A stretch of DNA of 64,000 nt, from the NCBI GenBank assembly GCA_963667725.2, contig CAXXHO010000003.1:1984001-2048000 (forward strand), in the 5' to 3' direction. The translations under genes and the position numbers were made by a program. This DNA is from Treponemataceae bacterium (GTDB taxonomy: Bacteria; Spirochaetota; Spirochaetia; Treponematales; Rectinemataceae). A model generated the notes under the pieces. It was not told the DNA's origin, did not search any database, and saw only the letters and a program-made list of their open reading frames with translations. This document shows, one piece after another, positions 19,341 through 28,213 of this stretch. Within the stretch, counting starts at the first letter, position 1. Each line of letters begins with the position of its first letter.

Positions 19341-19411
19341 ACCTCGTTGGAAGCCGCGAAGGCGGAAAAAGCCAGAAGGGCGCAGAGCGCCACGAGAACG
19401 AATCTCTTCAT
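18437..19411 (-). CDS. ABC substrate-binding protein, FbpA/AfuA family (copy 2)
   Basis: From EVVVYTA onward the protein is identical to 11909-12880 except YPTDG to YPMDG; different signal peptide. Confidence 0.92.
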   Translation of the reverse strand: MKRFVLVALCALLAFSAFAASNEVVVYTAHEESIINALVPMFEKETGIKVNYVKLASGDVIKRAKAEAANPQADIIWSIGGEQLEAENQILQSYIPKDWDKIVPVYKVGTNWLPYTGIMNVFVVNTKMLKPAQYPQKWTDLTDARFKKLISSAPADKSGSAYMQLANVIAIYGDKGWDVYKGIMKNMVISTSSGAVPKFVNDGEQAVGLTLEDNAFRYVEGGGPVAIVYPMDGTVAAPDGMAILKGAPNLANAKIFTDWCLSKPVQEYLVNAMKRRPVRTDVASPKGLPAMTEIKGIPYDFGWAAKSKTEFVKKFTEIKMDLGL

Positions 19412-19474
19412 AGAAACCTCCATAACATTGGATCATGTGGCGCCGATGAGGGCGCCGCTAAAAACCTTGCACTT

Positions 19475-20083
19475 CTATTTTAACATATTTTCCATGATAT
19501 GGGAGAGATTATGCTCATTTTTATCATAACAAAATGAGCCGAAGCCGAGCGACGAGGCCGCGTCGCAGTATGCGCGCACATCGTCGATGTAGAGACAGTC
19601 GCCAGCCTTTAGTCCCGAGTACTCGAGAAGCTTCATCCAGATCCGGGGATCGGGCTTCATGAAGCCTACTTTATAGGAAAGTATATGGAGCTCGGGAACA
19701 GAGGCCAGAATTTCGTTGTTGAATATCATGCGGGCGTGGAGCCAGGAAGTGTTCGAGAGGACAAAGGTTCTGGCGCCGAGTTCCCTTGCCCTGACGAGAG
19801 CGGCCTCTCCGTCGGGATTGGGGAGGATGATCTTCAGGTAATCCTCGACGAAACGCTCGAAGCCGTAGCCGGGATTGAGGCCCGTAATTTCTCCGATCCG
19901 CCTGAAGTAGGCGCGCGAATCCAGGACTCCGGTTTCATGTTCATGTTCGAGGCTTCCATCCCAGACCGCGCGATCGAATTCCTCGGCCGAAAGACAAGAA
20001 TGGACCGACGCGGCGCGGGCGAAGGCCATCCTGTCCAGCCCGCAGAGGACATTGCCAAAATCGAAAACTACGGCTTTATACAT
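19475..20083 (-). CDS. HAD family phosphatase (YihX-like)
   Basis: VVFDFGNVL, LSNT, KPDPRI and YIDD motifs. Confidence 0.9.
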   Translation of the reverse strand: MYKAVVFDFGNVLCGLDRMAFARAASVHSCLSAEEFDRAVWDGSLEHEHETGVLDSRAYFRRIGEITGLNPGYGFERFVEDYLKIILPNPDGEAALVRARELGARTFVLSNTSWLHARMIFNNEILASVPELHILSYKVGFMKPDPRIWMKLLEYSGLKAGDCLYIDDVRAYCDAASSLGFGSFCYDKNEHNLSHIMENMLK

Positions 20084-20186
20084 CGCTTCCCCTTTTAAAT
20101 AAACCGGGCAAGGCGGCGGCATGGGCGCCTCAGCTTTTTCGGTTCGGCCCATTCCATAGGGCCGCTTTTTCATCGTACTATAAGGC

Positions 20187-20450
20187 ATGTCGGAAGAACA
20201 ACCGAACAACCCCCTCCACGGACTCACGCTGGAGTACATTCTCACCCGCCTCGTCGAGCACTACGGATGGGAAAGCCTGGCCAGGCGCATCACCATCCGC
20301 TGCTTCGAACTGGATCCGAGCATCAAATCCAGCTTGATTTTCCTGCGCCGGACGCCCTGGGCGCGCGAAAAGGTCGAGCGCCTCTACATTAGGACGCGGT
20401 TCAGGAAGCCTACGGGCGGAACCGAGCCCCCGAAAACGAAGACTCCGTGA
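20187..20450 (+). CDS. VF530/DUF2132 family protein
   Basis: [12 protein letters not shown]...YGWESL...[20 protein letters not shown] signature. Confidence 0.92.
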   Translation: MSEEQPNNPLHGLTLEYILTRLVEHYGWESLARRITIRCFELDPSIKSSLIFLRRTPWAREKVERLYIRTRFRKPTGGTEPPKTKTP

Positions 20451-21726
20451 ACATGGCGTCGAGCGACGCCAGATAAGCCTCCCTTGAAAACGACGGAACG
20501 AATTCTTCCTTTATAGAAGCGGCCTTGGCGCCGCCATTCTCCGCTAGCGCGAACGCGGCGCGAAGAAGAATCCCCGCTGGCGCGAGATAGGCCCGCTCCG
20601 GACTGGAGGGGGCGAAATCGGCGCCGTGGATGGTTCCGCTGAACCCCGAAAAGCCCAGCTGACAGGTGGGAACGAGGCTGGCGACATCCCCGATATCGTC
20701 CGAAGCGAAGGAACTGTCCCCGAAATCGATGCTGCCTCTTTCAAGAACCGCGAGGGCGGCCTCGCCCAGAACTTTGCCCATGGCCGGGGATGGATGGAAG
20801 GCCTGATATCCGGGCGTGTTCCTGATTCTCACCGAGGCGCCCATGGCGAGGGCTCCCGCGCAGAAGGCCCTGTCCACCTTTTCCGCCACGGCGACGATCG
20901 CGTCGTGGGAGGCTCCCCTGATATAGGTTTCGAGGAGGGCGCGGGAGGGCACCGAATTGATGGTGGTTCCGCCCTCGCTGAGGATGGGGTGGACGCGGAT
21001 GTGGTCGGAATCGACGAAGGTTTCGCGCTGCGCGTGGATGGCGTGGAGAGCGATCGTCGCCGCGCCGAGGGCGTTGATGCCGTCTTCCGGATGGGCACCG
21101 GCGTGAGCCGCCTGGCCGATGAACTCGGCACGCTTGGCCATGAAGCCGTTGAGGGTGCCGTTGACCGTGGCCTGGCGTTCGGCAGAGTCGGACATGGAAT
21201 GATACTTGAGGACGACGCTCGCGTCCTCAAAAACGCCGAGGCGGATAAGTTCCTGCTTGCCCGAGAGATAGCGCAAGACGCCTTTTTCGCGGAGCGCCAT
21301 CCTGCGGTCAAGATCGACGTATTCCTCGGCGGGGGCGCCGACGAAGAGAATGCGCGCCTTTTCACGCTCCGGCAGTCCCGCGGCCGCCAGGGCCTTGAAG
21401 GCAGCCAGCATCACGGCCATCTGGGCATGGTGGCCGCAGGAGTGCGCCACGCCGCCCGGCGCCCCCTGGGTGAGCAGGGCGTCCATATCGGCGAGGAACA
21501 CGATGGCGGGGGCGCCGGGCGGCCCCAGTTCAGCCCTGATTCCCGTGAGGGCCAGATCCCTTGTCACCCGCGCGCCCGTTGCCTCCAGCTCGCCCGCGAG
21601 GATATCGGCCGTTTTATGCTCGAAAAAGCCGAGTTCCGGCGTCGTCCGCAGCTTTTCGGCCAGGCCGAAGAGCCATTCCTTATCGCTTTCAAGGCGCCGA
21701 AGCGCCGTTTCAAGGATTTCTTTCAT
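20410..21726 (-). CDS. M20 family amidohydrolase
   Basis: [33 protein letters not shown] and SDDIGDV motifs. Confidence 0.9.
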   Translation of the reverse strand: MKEILETALRRLESDKEWLFGLAEKLRTTPELGFFEHKTADILAGELEATGARVTRDLALTGIRAELGPPGAPAIVFLADMDALLTQGAPGGVAHSCGHHAQMAVMLAAFKALAAAGLPEREKARILFVGAPAEEYVDLDRRMALREKGVLRYLSGKQELIRLGVFEDASVVLKYHSMSDSAERQATVNGTLNGFMAKRAEFIGQAAHAGAHPEDGINALGAATIALHAIHAQRETFVDSDHIRVHPILSEGGTTINSVPSRALLETYIRGASHDAIVAVAEKVDRAFCAGALAMGASVRIRNTPGYQAFHPSPAMGKVLGEAALAVLERGSIDFGDSSFASDDIGDVASLVPTCQLGFSGFSGTIHGADFAPSSPERAYLAPAGILLRAAFALAENGGAKAASIKEEFVPSFSREAYLASLDAMFTESSFSGARFRP

Positions 21727-21921
21727 GAAAATATAATACCCGCCGGGAAATGCCTCAACAAGGATCCAGAACCCTTTTCGCGGCCGCGAATGCCGCAAAT
21801 CCAAGCCCTCCGGCCGTGTTTCGTCGAAAAACCGGGAGTCCACGCCTTTACTGAAAAGCGTTATAATGGTATTCAGATAGTTAACAATTTCGACTAAACC
21901 GTCGAAACAAGGAGACTTTGC

Positions 21922-23004
21922 ATGAAAAAGATCATTCTAGTTCTTAGCATCGTACTTGCCTGCGCGATGGCTTTGCCAGTCGCGGCTGCGGGCCCGGCGA
22001 AAGCGGACATATTCCTTCTCATCTCCGGATCGCTCGGCGACAAGGGATTCAACGATTCCGCCAAAGCCGGTCTCGACATGATCAAGGCCAAGTTCGGCGA
22101 CCGCGTAACCACCAAATACACCGAACTCGGATCGGACGCTGCCAAGTACTCTCCCGCCCTGGAAGACGCCGGCGCCGAAGGCTACGAAGTCGTCCTCTGC
22201 TCCAACAACTTCAACAACGCTGTCATGGAAGTCGCCGCCAGGTATCCCAAGACCCTCTACATCATGTACGACGGCTGGACCAAGGACGACATCGCCAACG
22301 TCTACTCCGTGCAGTTCAAGAACTCCGAAGCCGGATACCTCGCCGGAGCCCTCGCTGGCCTCATGACCAGTACTAAGGGCAATGCCCAGATCAACGCCGA
22401 GAACGTCATCGGCTTCATCGGCGGACGCGACATCACCGGCATCAACGACTTTTTCGTCGGCTACATCGCCGGCGCCCAGAAAGTCTCTCCCTCCGTCAAG
22501 ATCATCTACAACTACGTCAACTCCTTCACCGACACCGCCAAGGCCAAGGACCAGGCTTTGATCCAGATCAGGACCTACAAAGCCGACGTGATCTACCATG
22601 CCGCCGGACGCGCCGGCCTCGGACTCTTCGACGCGGCTGCCGAAACCGGCAAGTACGCCATCGGCGTCGATACCGACCAGGCTTCGCTCTTCGGCAGCGA
22701 ACCCGCCAAGGCAGCCCAGATTCTCACCTCCACGATGAAGCGCGTCGACCTCACCCTCTTCCAGGCGGTAAGCCGCTTCATGGACGGCGAGAAGCTCGGC
22801 GGACAGAAAGTGTACATCGGCGCCGCTGAAGGCGCGATCGCTTATTCCGGCTTCAACAAGGCTATTCCCGCCGCCGTCCAGAAGGACCTCGAAAAGGTCC
22901 AGGCCGAGATCAAGGCCGGTTCCGTAAAGATTCCCTCCGCCTTCACGATGAGCGCGGACCAGATCAACGCGATGCGCGACGCCGTGAACGCGGCCAAGAA
23001 CTGA
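21922..23004 (+). CDS. BMP/PnrA family ABC substrate-binding protein (nucleoside-type)
   Basis: LGDKGFNDSA, EAGYLAG, ADVIYHAAG, AIGVDTDQ, TSTMKRVD motifs. Confidence 0.93.
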   Translation: MKKIILVLSIVLACAMALPVAAAGPAKADIFLLISGSLGDKGFNDSAKAGLDMIKAKFGDRVTTKYTELGSDAAKYSPALEDAGAEGYEVVLCSNNFNNAVMEVAARYPKTLYIMYDGWTKDDIANVYSVQFKNSEAGYLAGALAGLMTSTKGNAQINAENVIGFIGGRDITGINDFFVGYIAGAQKVSPSVKIIYNYVNSFTDTAKAKDQALIQIRTYKADVIYHAAGRAGLGLFDAAAETGKYAIGVDTDQASLFGSEPAKAAQILTSTMKRVDLTLFQAVSRFMDGEKLGGQKVYIGAAEGAIAYSGFNKAIPAAVQKDLEKVQAEIKAGSVKIPSAFTMSADQINAMRDAVNAAKN

Positions 23005-23037
23005 TTAAATCCCGCAAAGCTGTTTGCACATGAACGG

Positions 23038-23071
23038 TGCCCACGCCTCTTGCGAGGAGTGGGCATTTTTC
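23038..23071 (+). terminator. Stem-loop/terminator after the BMP gene
   Basis: TGCCCACGCCTC-TTGC-GAGGAGTGGGCA-TTTTT. Confidence 0.65.
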
Positions 23072-23111
23072 TAATTTATCCCGGCAACCGCGGGTTTCGA
23101 AGGAGGCGGCG

Positions 23112-24671
23112 GTGGATTTCATACTGAAAACGGAAGGCCTTAGCAAGGTGTATCCCAACGGCACCCTGGCCAACAAACAAGTGAGTTTCGGCGTGGCTCC
23201 CGGCGAGATCCTCGGCCTCGTGGGCGAAAACGGAGCGGGTAAATCCACGCTCATGAAAGTACTGTACGGCGAGGAGAGTCCATCCTCGGGCAAGCTATTC
23301 CTGGAAGGGAAACCTGTATCCTTCGCTTCCTCTCAGGAAGCCATCAAGGCGGGGATCGGCATGGTGCACCAGCATTTCATGCTCGTGCCCAGTCTTTCGC
23401 TCGCCGAAAACCTGGTGCTCGGACAGGAACCGCACAAGGGAAGATCCAACATCTTCGATCTCGACAAGGCGGTCGCGATCACCGAGGAGTTGGCCGAGAA
23501 ATACAACTTCAAGATTTTCGCCCGCGCCCGCGTGGTTGACGTTTCGGTCTCCATGAGGCAGAAGCTCGAGATCCTGAAAGCCCTGTATCGCGGCGCCAAG
23601 ATTCTCATCCTGGACGAACCCACCGCGGTGCTCACGCCGCAGGAAACGGACGAACTCTTCGTCGAACTCGAGCAACTCCGGAAACATGGACACACCATCA
23701 TCTTCATCAGCCATAAGCTCAATGAAATATTCAAGCTTTGCGACAGAGTGAGCGTGATGCGCGACGGCCGCATGATCGGAACCCACAAGGTTTCCGAAGT
23801 GGACAGCCAGACGATTTCCAACGAGATGGTGGGACGTGAAGTCCTTCTGACGGTCGAGAAAAAGAAGGCCAAGCCCGGCGAAAAGGTCCTCACCGCCAAA
23901 GACCTCTCCTATATCGACGATTTCGGCATCACCGCCGTCGACCACCTCTCCTTCGCGCTGCGGAAGGGTGAAATCCTGGGCGTCGTGGGCGTGGACGGCA
24001 ACGGACAGTCAGAGCTTGTGCGCATCCTCACGGGATCGACGAAGACGCTTTCGGGCTCGGTTGTCGTCCTCGGCCAGGACGTCACCAATAAAAGGCCGGG
24101 AGAGATCAGAAAGGCGGGCCTTGCCCATATCGCCGAAGACAGAATGACGGTGGGTACGGCGCAGCCGGCCAGCATCGAAGACAACCTCCTGGCCGACCGA
24201 TACCTCTCCCCCGAATTCACGGGCGGCGCCGGCTTCCTCAAAACGGAAGCCATATCGAAGGCGGCGGCCGAAATCGTCTCTTCCTTCGACATTCGCTGCA
24301 ATTCCCCAGGTCAGCTGGTGGCCAGCCTCTCCGGCGGCAACATGCAGAAAGTGGTCATCGGAAGGGAGTTCACCGCGAAGGCGGAAATCCTCGTGATCGC
24401 CCAGCCGACGCGCGGCGTCGATGTCGGCGCCATCGAGTTCATCCATAAAAGAATCATAACGATGCGCGACGCGGGCAAGGCCATTCTTCTCGTCTCGTCG
24501 GATCTGCAGGAAGTGATGTCCCTCTCGGACAGCCTCGTGGTCATGAATTCCGGCAAGATCGTCGCCTATTTCGAGGACTCCTTGGCGACGACCGACAAGG
24601 AACTCGGACTGTATATGCTCGGGCTGAAGAGACAGAGCCCTGAAGAAATCGGGAGAGTGCTCCATGAATAG
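23112..24671 (+). CDS. Sugar/nucleoside ABC transporter ATP-binding protein (double NBD, NupO/YufO-like)
   Basis: GENGAGKST, GMVHQHFML, LSGGNMQK, QPTRGVDVGA. GTG start after AGGAGG. Confidence 0.94.
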   Translation: MDFILKTEGLSKVYPNGTLANKQVSFGVAPGEILGLVGENGAGKSTLMKVLYGEESPSSGKLFLEGKPVSFASSQEAIKAGIGMVHQHFMLVPSLSLAENLVLGQEPHKGRSNIFDLDKAVAITEELAEKYNFKIFARARVVDVSVSMRQKLEILKALYRGAKILILDEPTAVLTPQETDELFVELEQLRKHGHTIIFISHKLNEIFKLCDRVSVMRDGRMIGTHKVSEVDSQTISNEMVGREVLLTVEKKKAKPGEKVLTAKDLSYIDDFGITAVDHLSFALRKGEILGVVGVDGNGQSELVRILTGSTKTLSGSVVVLGQDVTNKRPGEIRKAGLAHIAEDRMTVGTAQPASIEDNLLADRYLSPEFTGGAGFLKTEAISKAAAEIVSSFDIRCNSPGQLVASLSGGNMQKVVIGREFTAKAEILVIAQPTRGVDVGAIEFIHKRIITMRDAGKAILLVSSDLQEVMSLSDSLVVMNSGKIVAYFEDSLATTDKELGLYMLGLKRQSPEEIGRVLHE

Positions 24672-25809
24672 CAAAAAAACGAAAAGACCGGGATTTTTCG
24701 GTTCGATACGTCTTTTCTTCACCGACAGGGACAAGCTCGAGCCAGCCCTCATCACCATTCTTGCCGGCGCTTTCTCCATACTGATGGGCGTGGGGCTCAT
24801 CTTCATCGTCAGCAAGGATCCCGTCACATCGACGAAGAATTTCCTTCTCGGGCCGGTTTTAAGGACTTATAACTTCTATTACCTCATGATCGCCATGGTG
24901 CCCATCACCTTCACGGGCCTGGCTATGTGCATCATCTATAAACTGAGGTATATGAGCCTGATCGTCGACTCGAGCTTCTACATCGGCGCTGTCGTCGCCA
25001 CGGCCATCGGCGTCAAGCTCAGCCTTCCGCCAGGGATTCATCCCGCGGTGGCGATGATAGCCGCCGGGCTCGTCGGAGGCCTCATCGGCCTTCTGCCCGC
25101 CATCCTCAAGATAAAGTGGAGGGCCAACGAGCTTGTCTCCTCACTGATGTTCAACTACATCTTCTACTTTATTGGAAGCTTCATCATCCTCTACTATCTG
25201 CGCGACAGGGACCAGACGATTCTCGCATCCCTGCCCTTCCAGAAGAGCTTCAACCTTCCCAAGCTCGTCGAGAACACGCAGCTGCACGCCGGTTTCATCA
25301 TCGCCGCGGTCTTCGTCGTCATCGTGTCGATTTTCCTGTTCCGGACGCGCTGGGGTTTCGAGATCAGGATAGCCGGCGCGAATCCTAAATTCGCGGCCTA
25401 CGCTGGCATTCCCGTGGCGACAGTCGCCCTCTATGCCCACTTTGTCGCGGGCTTCATCGGCGGCCTCGGCGGCGCCGTGGAAATGTCAGGGCTCTACAGG
25501 GCCTTCATCTGGCAGATGAATCCGTCCTATGCCATGGATGGCGTCATCGTCGCGATGCTCGCGCGAAAGAACCCGAAATTCGTGCCCCTCTCGGCGTTTT
25601 TCCTCGCCTACCTGAGGGTGGGCGCCGACTTCATGTCCAGGCGCGGCGACGTGGCTTTCGAGTTCATAACACTCCTCCAGGGCATGATCATCCTCATCCT
25701 CGCCTCGGATAAAATCCTTAACTACTTCAAGGCGCGCAGACTGCGCAGGAATGCCCTTCTCGCCGAATCTTCGGCTAACGCCGCGGCGGCGCAAGGAGGC
25801 CAGGCATGA
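24664..25809 (+). CDS. Nucleoside-type ABC transporter permease 1
   Basis: Multi-TM; GFEIRIAGANPKFAAYAGI and DGVIVAMLARKNP motifs. Confidence 0.9.
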   Translation: MNSKKTKRPGFFGSIRLFFTDRDKLEPALITILAGAFSILMGVGLIFIVSKDPVTSTKNFLLGPVLRTYNFYYLMIAMVPITFTGLAMCIIYKLRYMSLIVDSSFYIGAVVATAIGVKLSLPPGIHPAVAMIAAGLVGGLIGLLPAILKIKWRANELVSSLMFNYIFYFIGSFIILYYLRDRDQTILASLPFQKSFNLPKLVENTQLHAGFIIAAVFVVIVSIFLFRTRWGFEIRIAGANPKFAAYAGIPVATVALYAHFVAGFIGGLGGAVEMSGLYRAFIWQMNPSYAMDGVIVAMLARKNPKFVPLSAFFLAYLRVGADFMSRRGDVAFEFITLLQGMIILILASDKILNYFKARRLRRNALLAESSANAAAAQGGQA

Positions 25810-26813
25810 TCGAATTCATCGTAAACGTATTTACCTCGGCCAATTATTGGTTCATCGTGCTGCGTTCCACGGCGCCGATTCTCCTCGTCACCCTGGGCGC
25901 CGTTATCACTGAATCCGCGGGCATCAAAAATATGGCGCTCGAAGGATCAATGCTCTGGGCAGCCCTTGTCGGCGTCATCGTCAGCTCCTGGACGGGCAGC
26001 GCCTGGCTGGGCCTCCTCGGGGGCATCCTCGCCGCGGTGGCCATCGCCCTTACCCTGGGGCTCTTCGCCCTCAAGCTGGACGCCAACGCCGTGCTCTGCG
26101 GCGTCGCCCTCAACCTCTTCTCGACGGGCGGAACGGTATTCGTCCTCTTCTCCCTCACGGGAGACAAGGGAATTTCCTCTTCGCTGGCGAGTAAAACCCT
26201 CCCCTTCATCAAGATTCCATTCATCCAGGATATTCCCTGGCTGGGTAAGGTGATATCGGGACAGAACGTGGTCATCTGGCTCGCGATAGCGGCCGTGGTC
26301 GTCGTCCATTTCATCATGAACAAAGCCACAATTGGACGGAGAATCAAGGCGACCGGCGAAAATGTGGAAGCGGCCAAGGCGGCGGGCATCGACCCCGATC
26401 ATATCAAGTTCTTTACCCTCATCGTCTCGGGCGTCCTCGCGGGCATCGCCGGATGCTTCCTCAGCATGGGATACACCTCCAACTTCACCTCCGGAATAGC
26501 GGCAGGCCGCGGCTATGTGGCCAACGCCGCCCAGGTCGTCGCGGGCGGTACCGCCGTGGGAGCGATCTTCGCATCCCTGATCTTCGGCCTCACCGACGCC
26601 ATGGCCACCTACCTGCAGAACGTCGGCCTGCCGCCCGAACTCATCCAGGCCCTGCCTTATTTCGTGACCATTCTCGGCTTCATCGTCGTTACCCTGATCC
26701 GCGACAGGCGCGAGTCCATCCGCAAGAAGAAGCTCTTCGAGGGCAAGCTGCCGAAAGGCGGGCTGAAGCCCGTCATGACGGGCTCGGACGCGGGCGGAGC
26801 GACGCCGGTATGA
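25806..26813 (+). CDS. Nucleoside-type ABC transporter permease 2
   Basis: ESAGIKNMALEG, IKATGENVEAAKAAGI, AGRGY and ALPY motifs. Confidence 0.9.
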   Translation: MIEFIVNVFTSANYWFIVLRSTAPILLVTLGAVITESAGIKNMALEGSMLWAALVGVIVSSWTGSAWLGLLGGILAAVAIALTLGLFALKLDANAVLCGVALNLFSTGGTVFVLFSLTGDKGISSSLASKTLPFIKIPFIQDIPWLGKVISGQNVVIWLAIAAVVVVHFIMNKATIGRRIKATGENVEAAKAAGIDPDHIKFFTLIVSGVLAGIAGCFLSMGYTSNFTSGIAAGRGYVANAAQVVAGGTAVGAIFASLIFGLTDAMATYLQNVGLPPELIQALPYFVTILGFIVVTLIRDRRESIRKKKLFEGKLPKGGLKPVMTGSDAGGATPV

Positions 26814-28213
26814 GCGGTCCAGCCGCCCCGGGCGCCCTCGCCGATTTCATCGTCGAGGGCGCCGTCATCCTCTGCCTGGATCCCGAATGGCGAATCTTCG
26901 AACCAGGCTACCTCGCGGTGCGCGACGGCCGGATCAGCGCCGTCGGCCCCGCCGAAGAGGGCGCGGCCATCCAGGCCAAGCGGCGCGTCGACGCCGCGGG
27001 CAAGCTTCTCATGCCAGGCTTCGTCAACACCCACACCCACGTTCCCATGTCGGCCTTCCGCGGCGCCTGCGAAGACGTCAAGGACAGGTTGATCCGCTTC
27101 CTCTTCCCCCTCGAGCGCGACCTCGTGCGGCCGGAGCTCGTCTACTGGTCGACGCTCTACTGCCTCACCGAGATGGCGCGATCGGGCACCACCACCTTCG
27201 CGGACATGTACTATTTCGAGGATGAAGTCGCCAAGGCGACGAAAAAAGCCGGCATGCGCGCCCTCCTCGGGGAGACCGTGCTCGGCCAGGCCGCGCCCGA
27301 CGCAGCCCAGGCCTACGGCGGCATCGACTACGCGAAGGACTTCATCGCCGAATGGAAGAAAGACGGGCTCATCGATCCCTGCTTCGCCCCGCACGCTCCC
27401 TACACCGTGGATCGCGCCCACCTGGAACTGCTGCGCGACGAGGCCGAGCGCCTCGACACCGACATCATGATCCACGTGGCCGAGATGGATTTCGAGAACA
27501 GGCAGTTTTCGGAGAGCCACGGTTCGGTGCTGCGCTATCTCGATTCGATAGAAGGCCTTCTCTCCCCGCGCTTCCTCGCGGCCCACATGCTCTACGTGGA
27601 CGATGAGGACATTGCTCTCGCGGCGAAGCGCGGCATGCGCGTCGCCCACTGCCCGGCCTCGAACGCCAAATCGGGCCGCCTCATCTGCCCGGCCTGGCGC
27701 CTCGCGAAGGCCGGCGTCCCCCTGGGTCTCGCCACTGACGGCCCCCTGTCCGGAAACGGCATGGACATGGAAGGCGTGCTGGGTCTCTTCCCTAAAATGC
27801 AGAAGGTGAGGGAAGGCAGGCGCGAGATAGTGAGCGCCAGGGAAGCCCTGCGCGCCGCCACGTTGGGCGGCGCCGAAGCTCTCCATTTATCCGACAGGAT
27901 CGGATCGCTCGAAGAGGGTAAGCGCGCCGACTTCGTCATTGTCGACCTGAACGACTTCAACATGCAGCCGGTCTACGATTGGTATTCGACGGTCGTCTAC
28001 GCGATGAGACCGCACAACGTCGAGTCCGTCTTCGTGGAGGGCAGACAGATCGTGGAGGGGCGCAGGATGACGGGCTTCGACCAGGATGAGGCGATGGCGG
28101 AAATGATGAAGATAAAGGGCAACTGTTCGGCCTTCATCGCCGATATCGCCGCGAGGCTTGCCGACTCCGTCAAAGATCCATCGTCGATCGGTACGGCCTG
28201 GCGTTCGCCTTGA
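26810..28213 (+). CDS. Metal-dependent amidohydrolase, MtaD/AtzA (deaminase) family
   Basis: MPGFVNTHTH, SGTTTFADMY, APHAPYT, IHVAE, HCPASNAK, LATDG. ATGA overlap with the permease. Confidence 0.9.
   Translation: MSGPAAPGALADFIVEGAVILCLDPEWRIFEPGYLAVRDGRISAVGPAEEGAAIQAKRRVDAAGKLLMPGFVNTHTHVPMSAFRGACEDVKDRLIRFLFPLERDLVRPELVYWSTLYCLTEMARSGTTTFADMYYFEDEVAKATKKAGMRALLGETVLGQAAPDAAQAYGGIDYAKDFIAEWKKDGLIDPCFAPHAPYTVDRAHLELLRDEAERLDTDIMIHVAEMDFENRQFSESHGSVLRYLDSIEGLLSPRFLAAHMLYVDDEDIALAAKRGMRVAHCPASNAKSGRLICPAWRLAKAGVPLGLATDGPLSGNGMDMEGVLGLFPKMQKVREGRREIVSAREALRAATLGGAEALHLSDRIGSLEEGKRADFVIVDLNDFNMQPVYDWYSTVVYAMRPHNVESVFVEGRQIVEGRRMTGFDQDEAMAEMMKIKGNCSAFIADIAARLADSVKDPSSIGTAWRSP

Noticed and set aside
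21727..21921. Possible purine riboswitch upstream of the BMP operon
   Set aside because: Only short palindromes (TTCGCGGCCGCGAA, TTTCGAC...GTCGAAA) are present; the conserved purine-riboswitch core is not visible.
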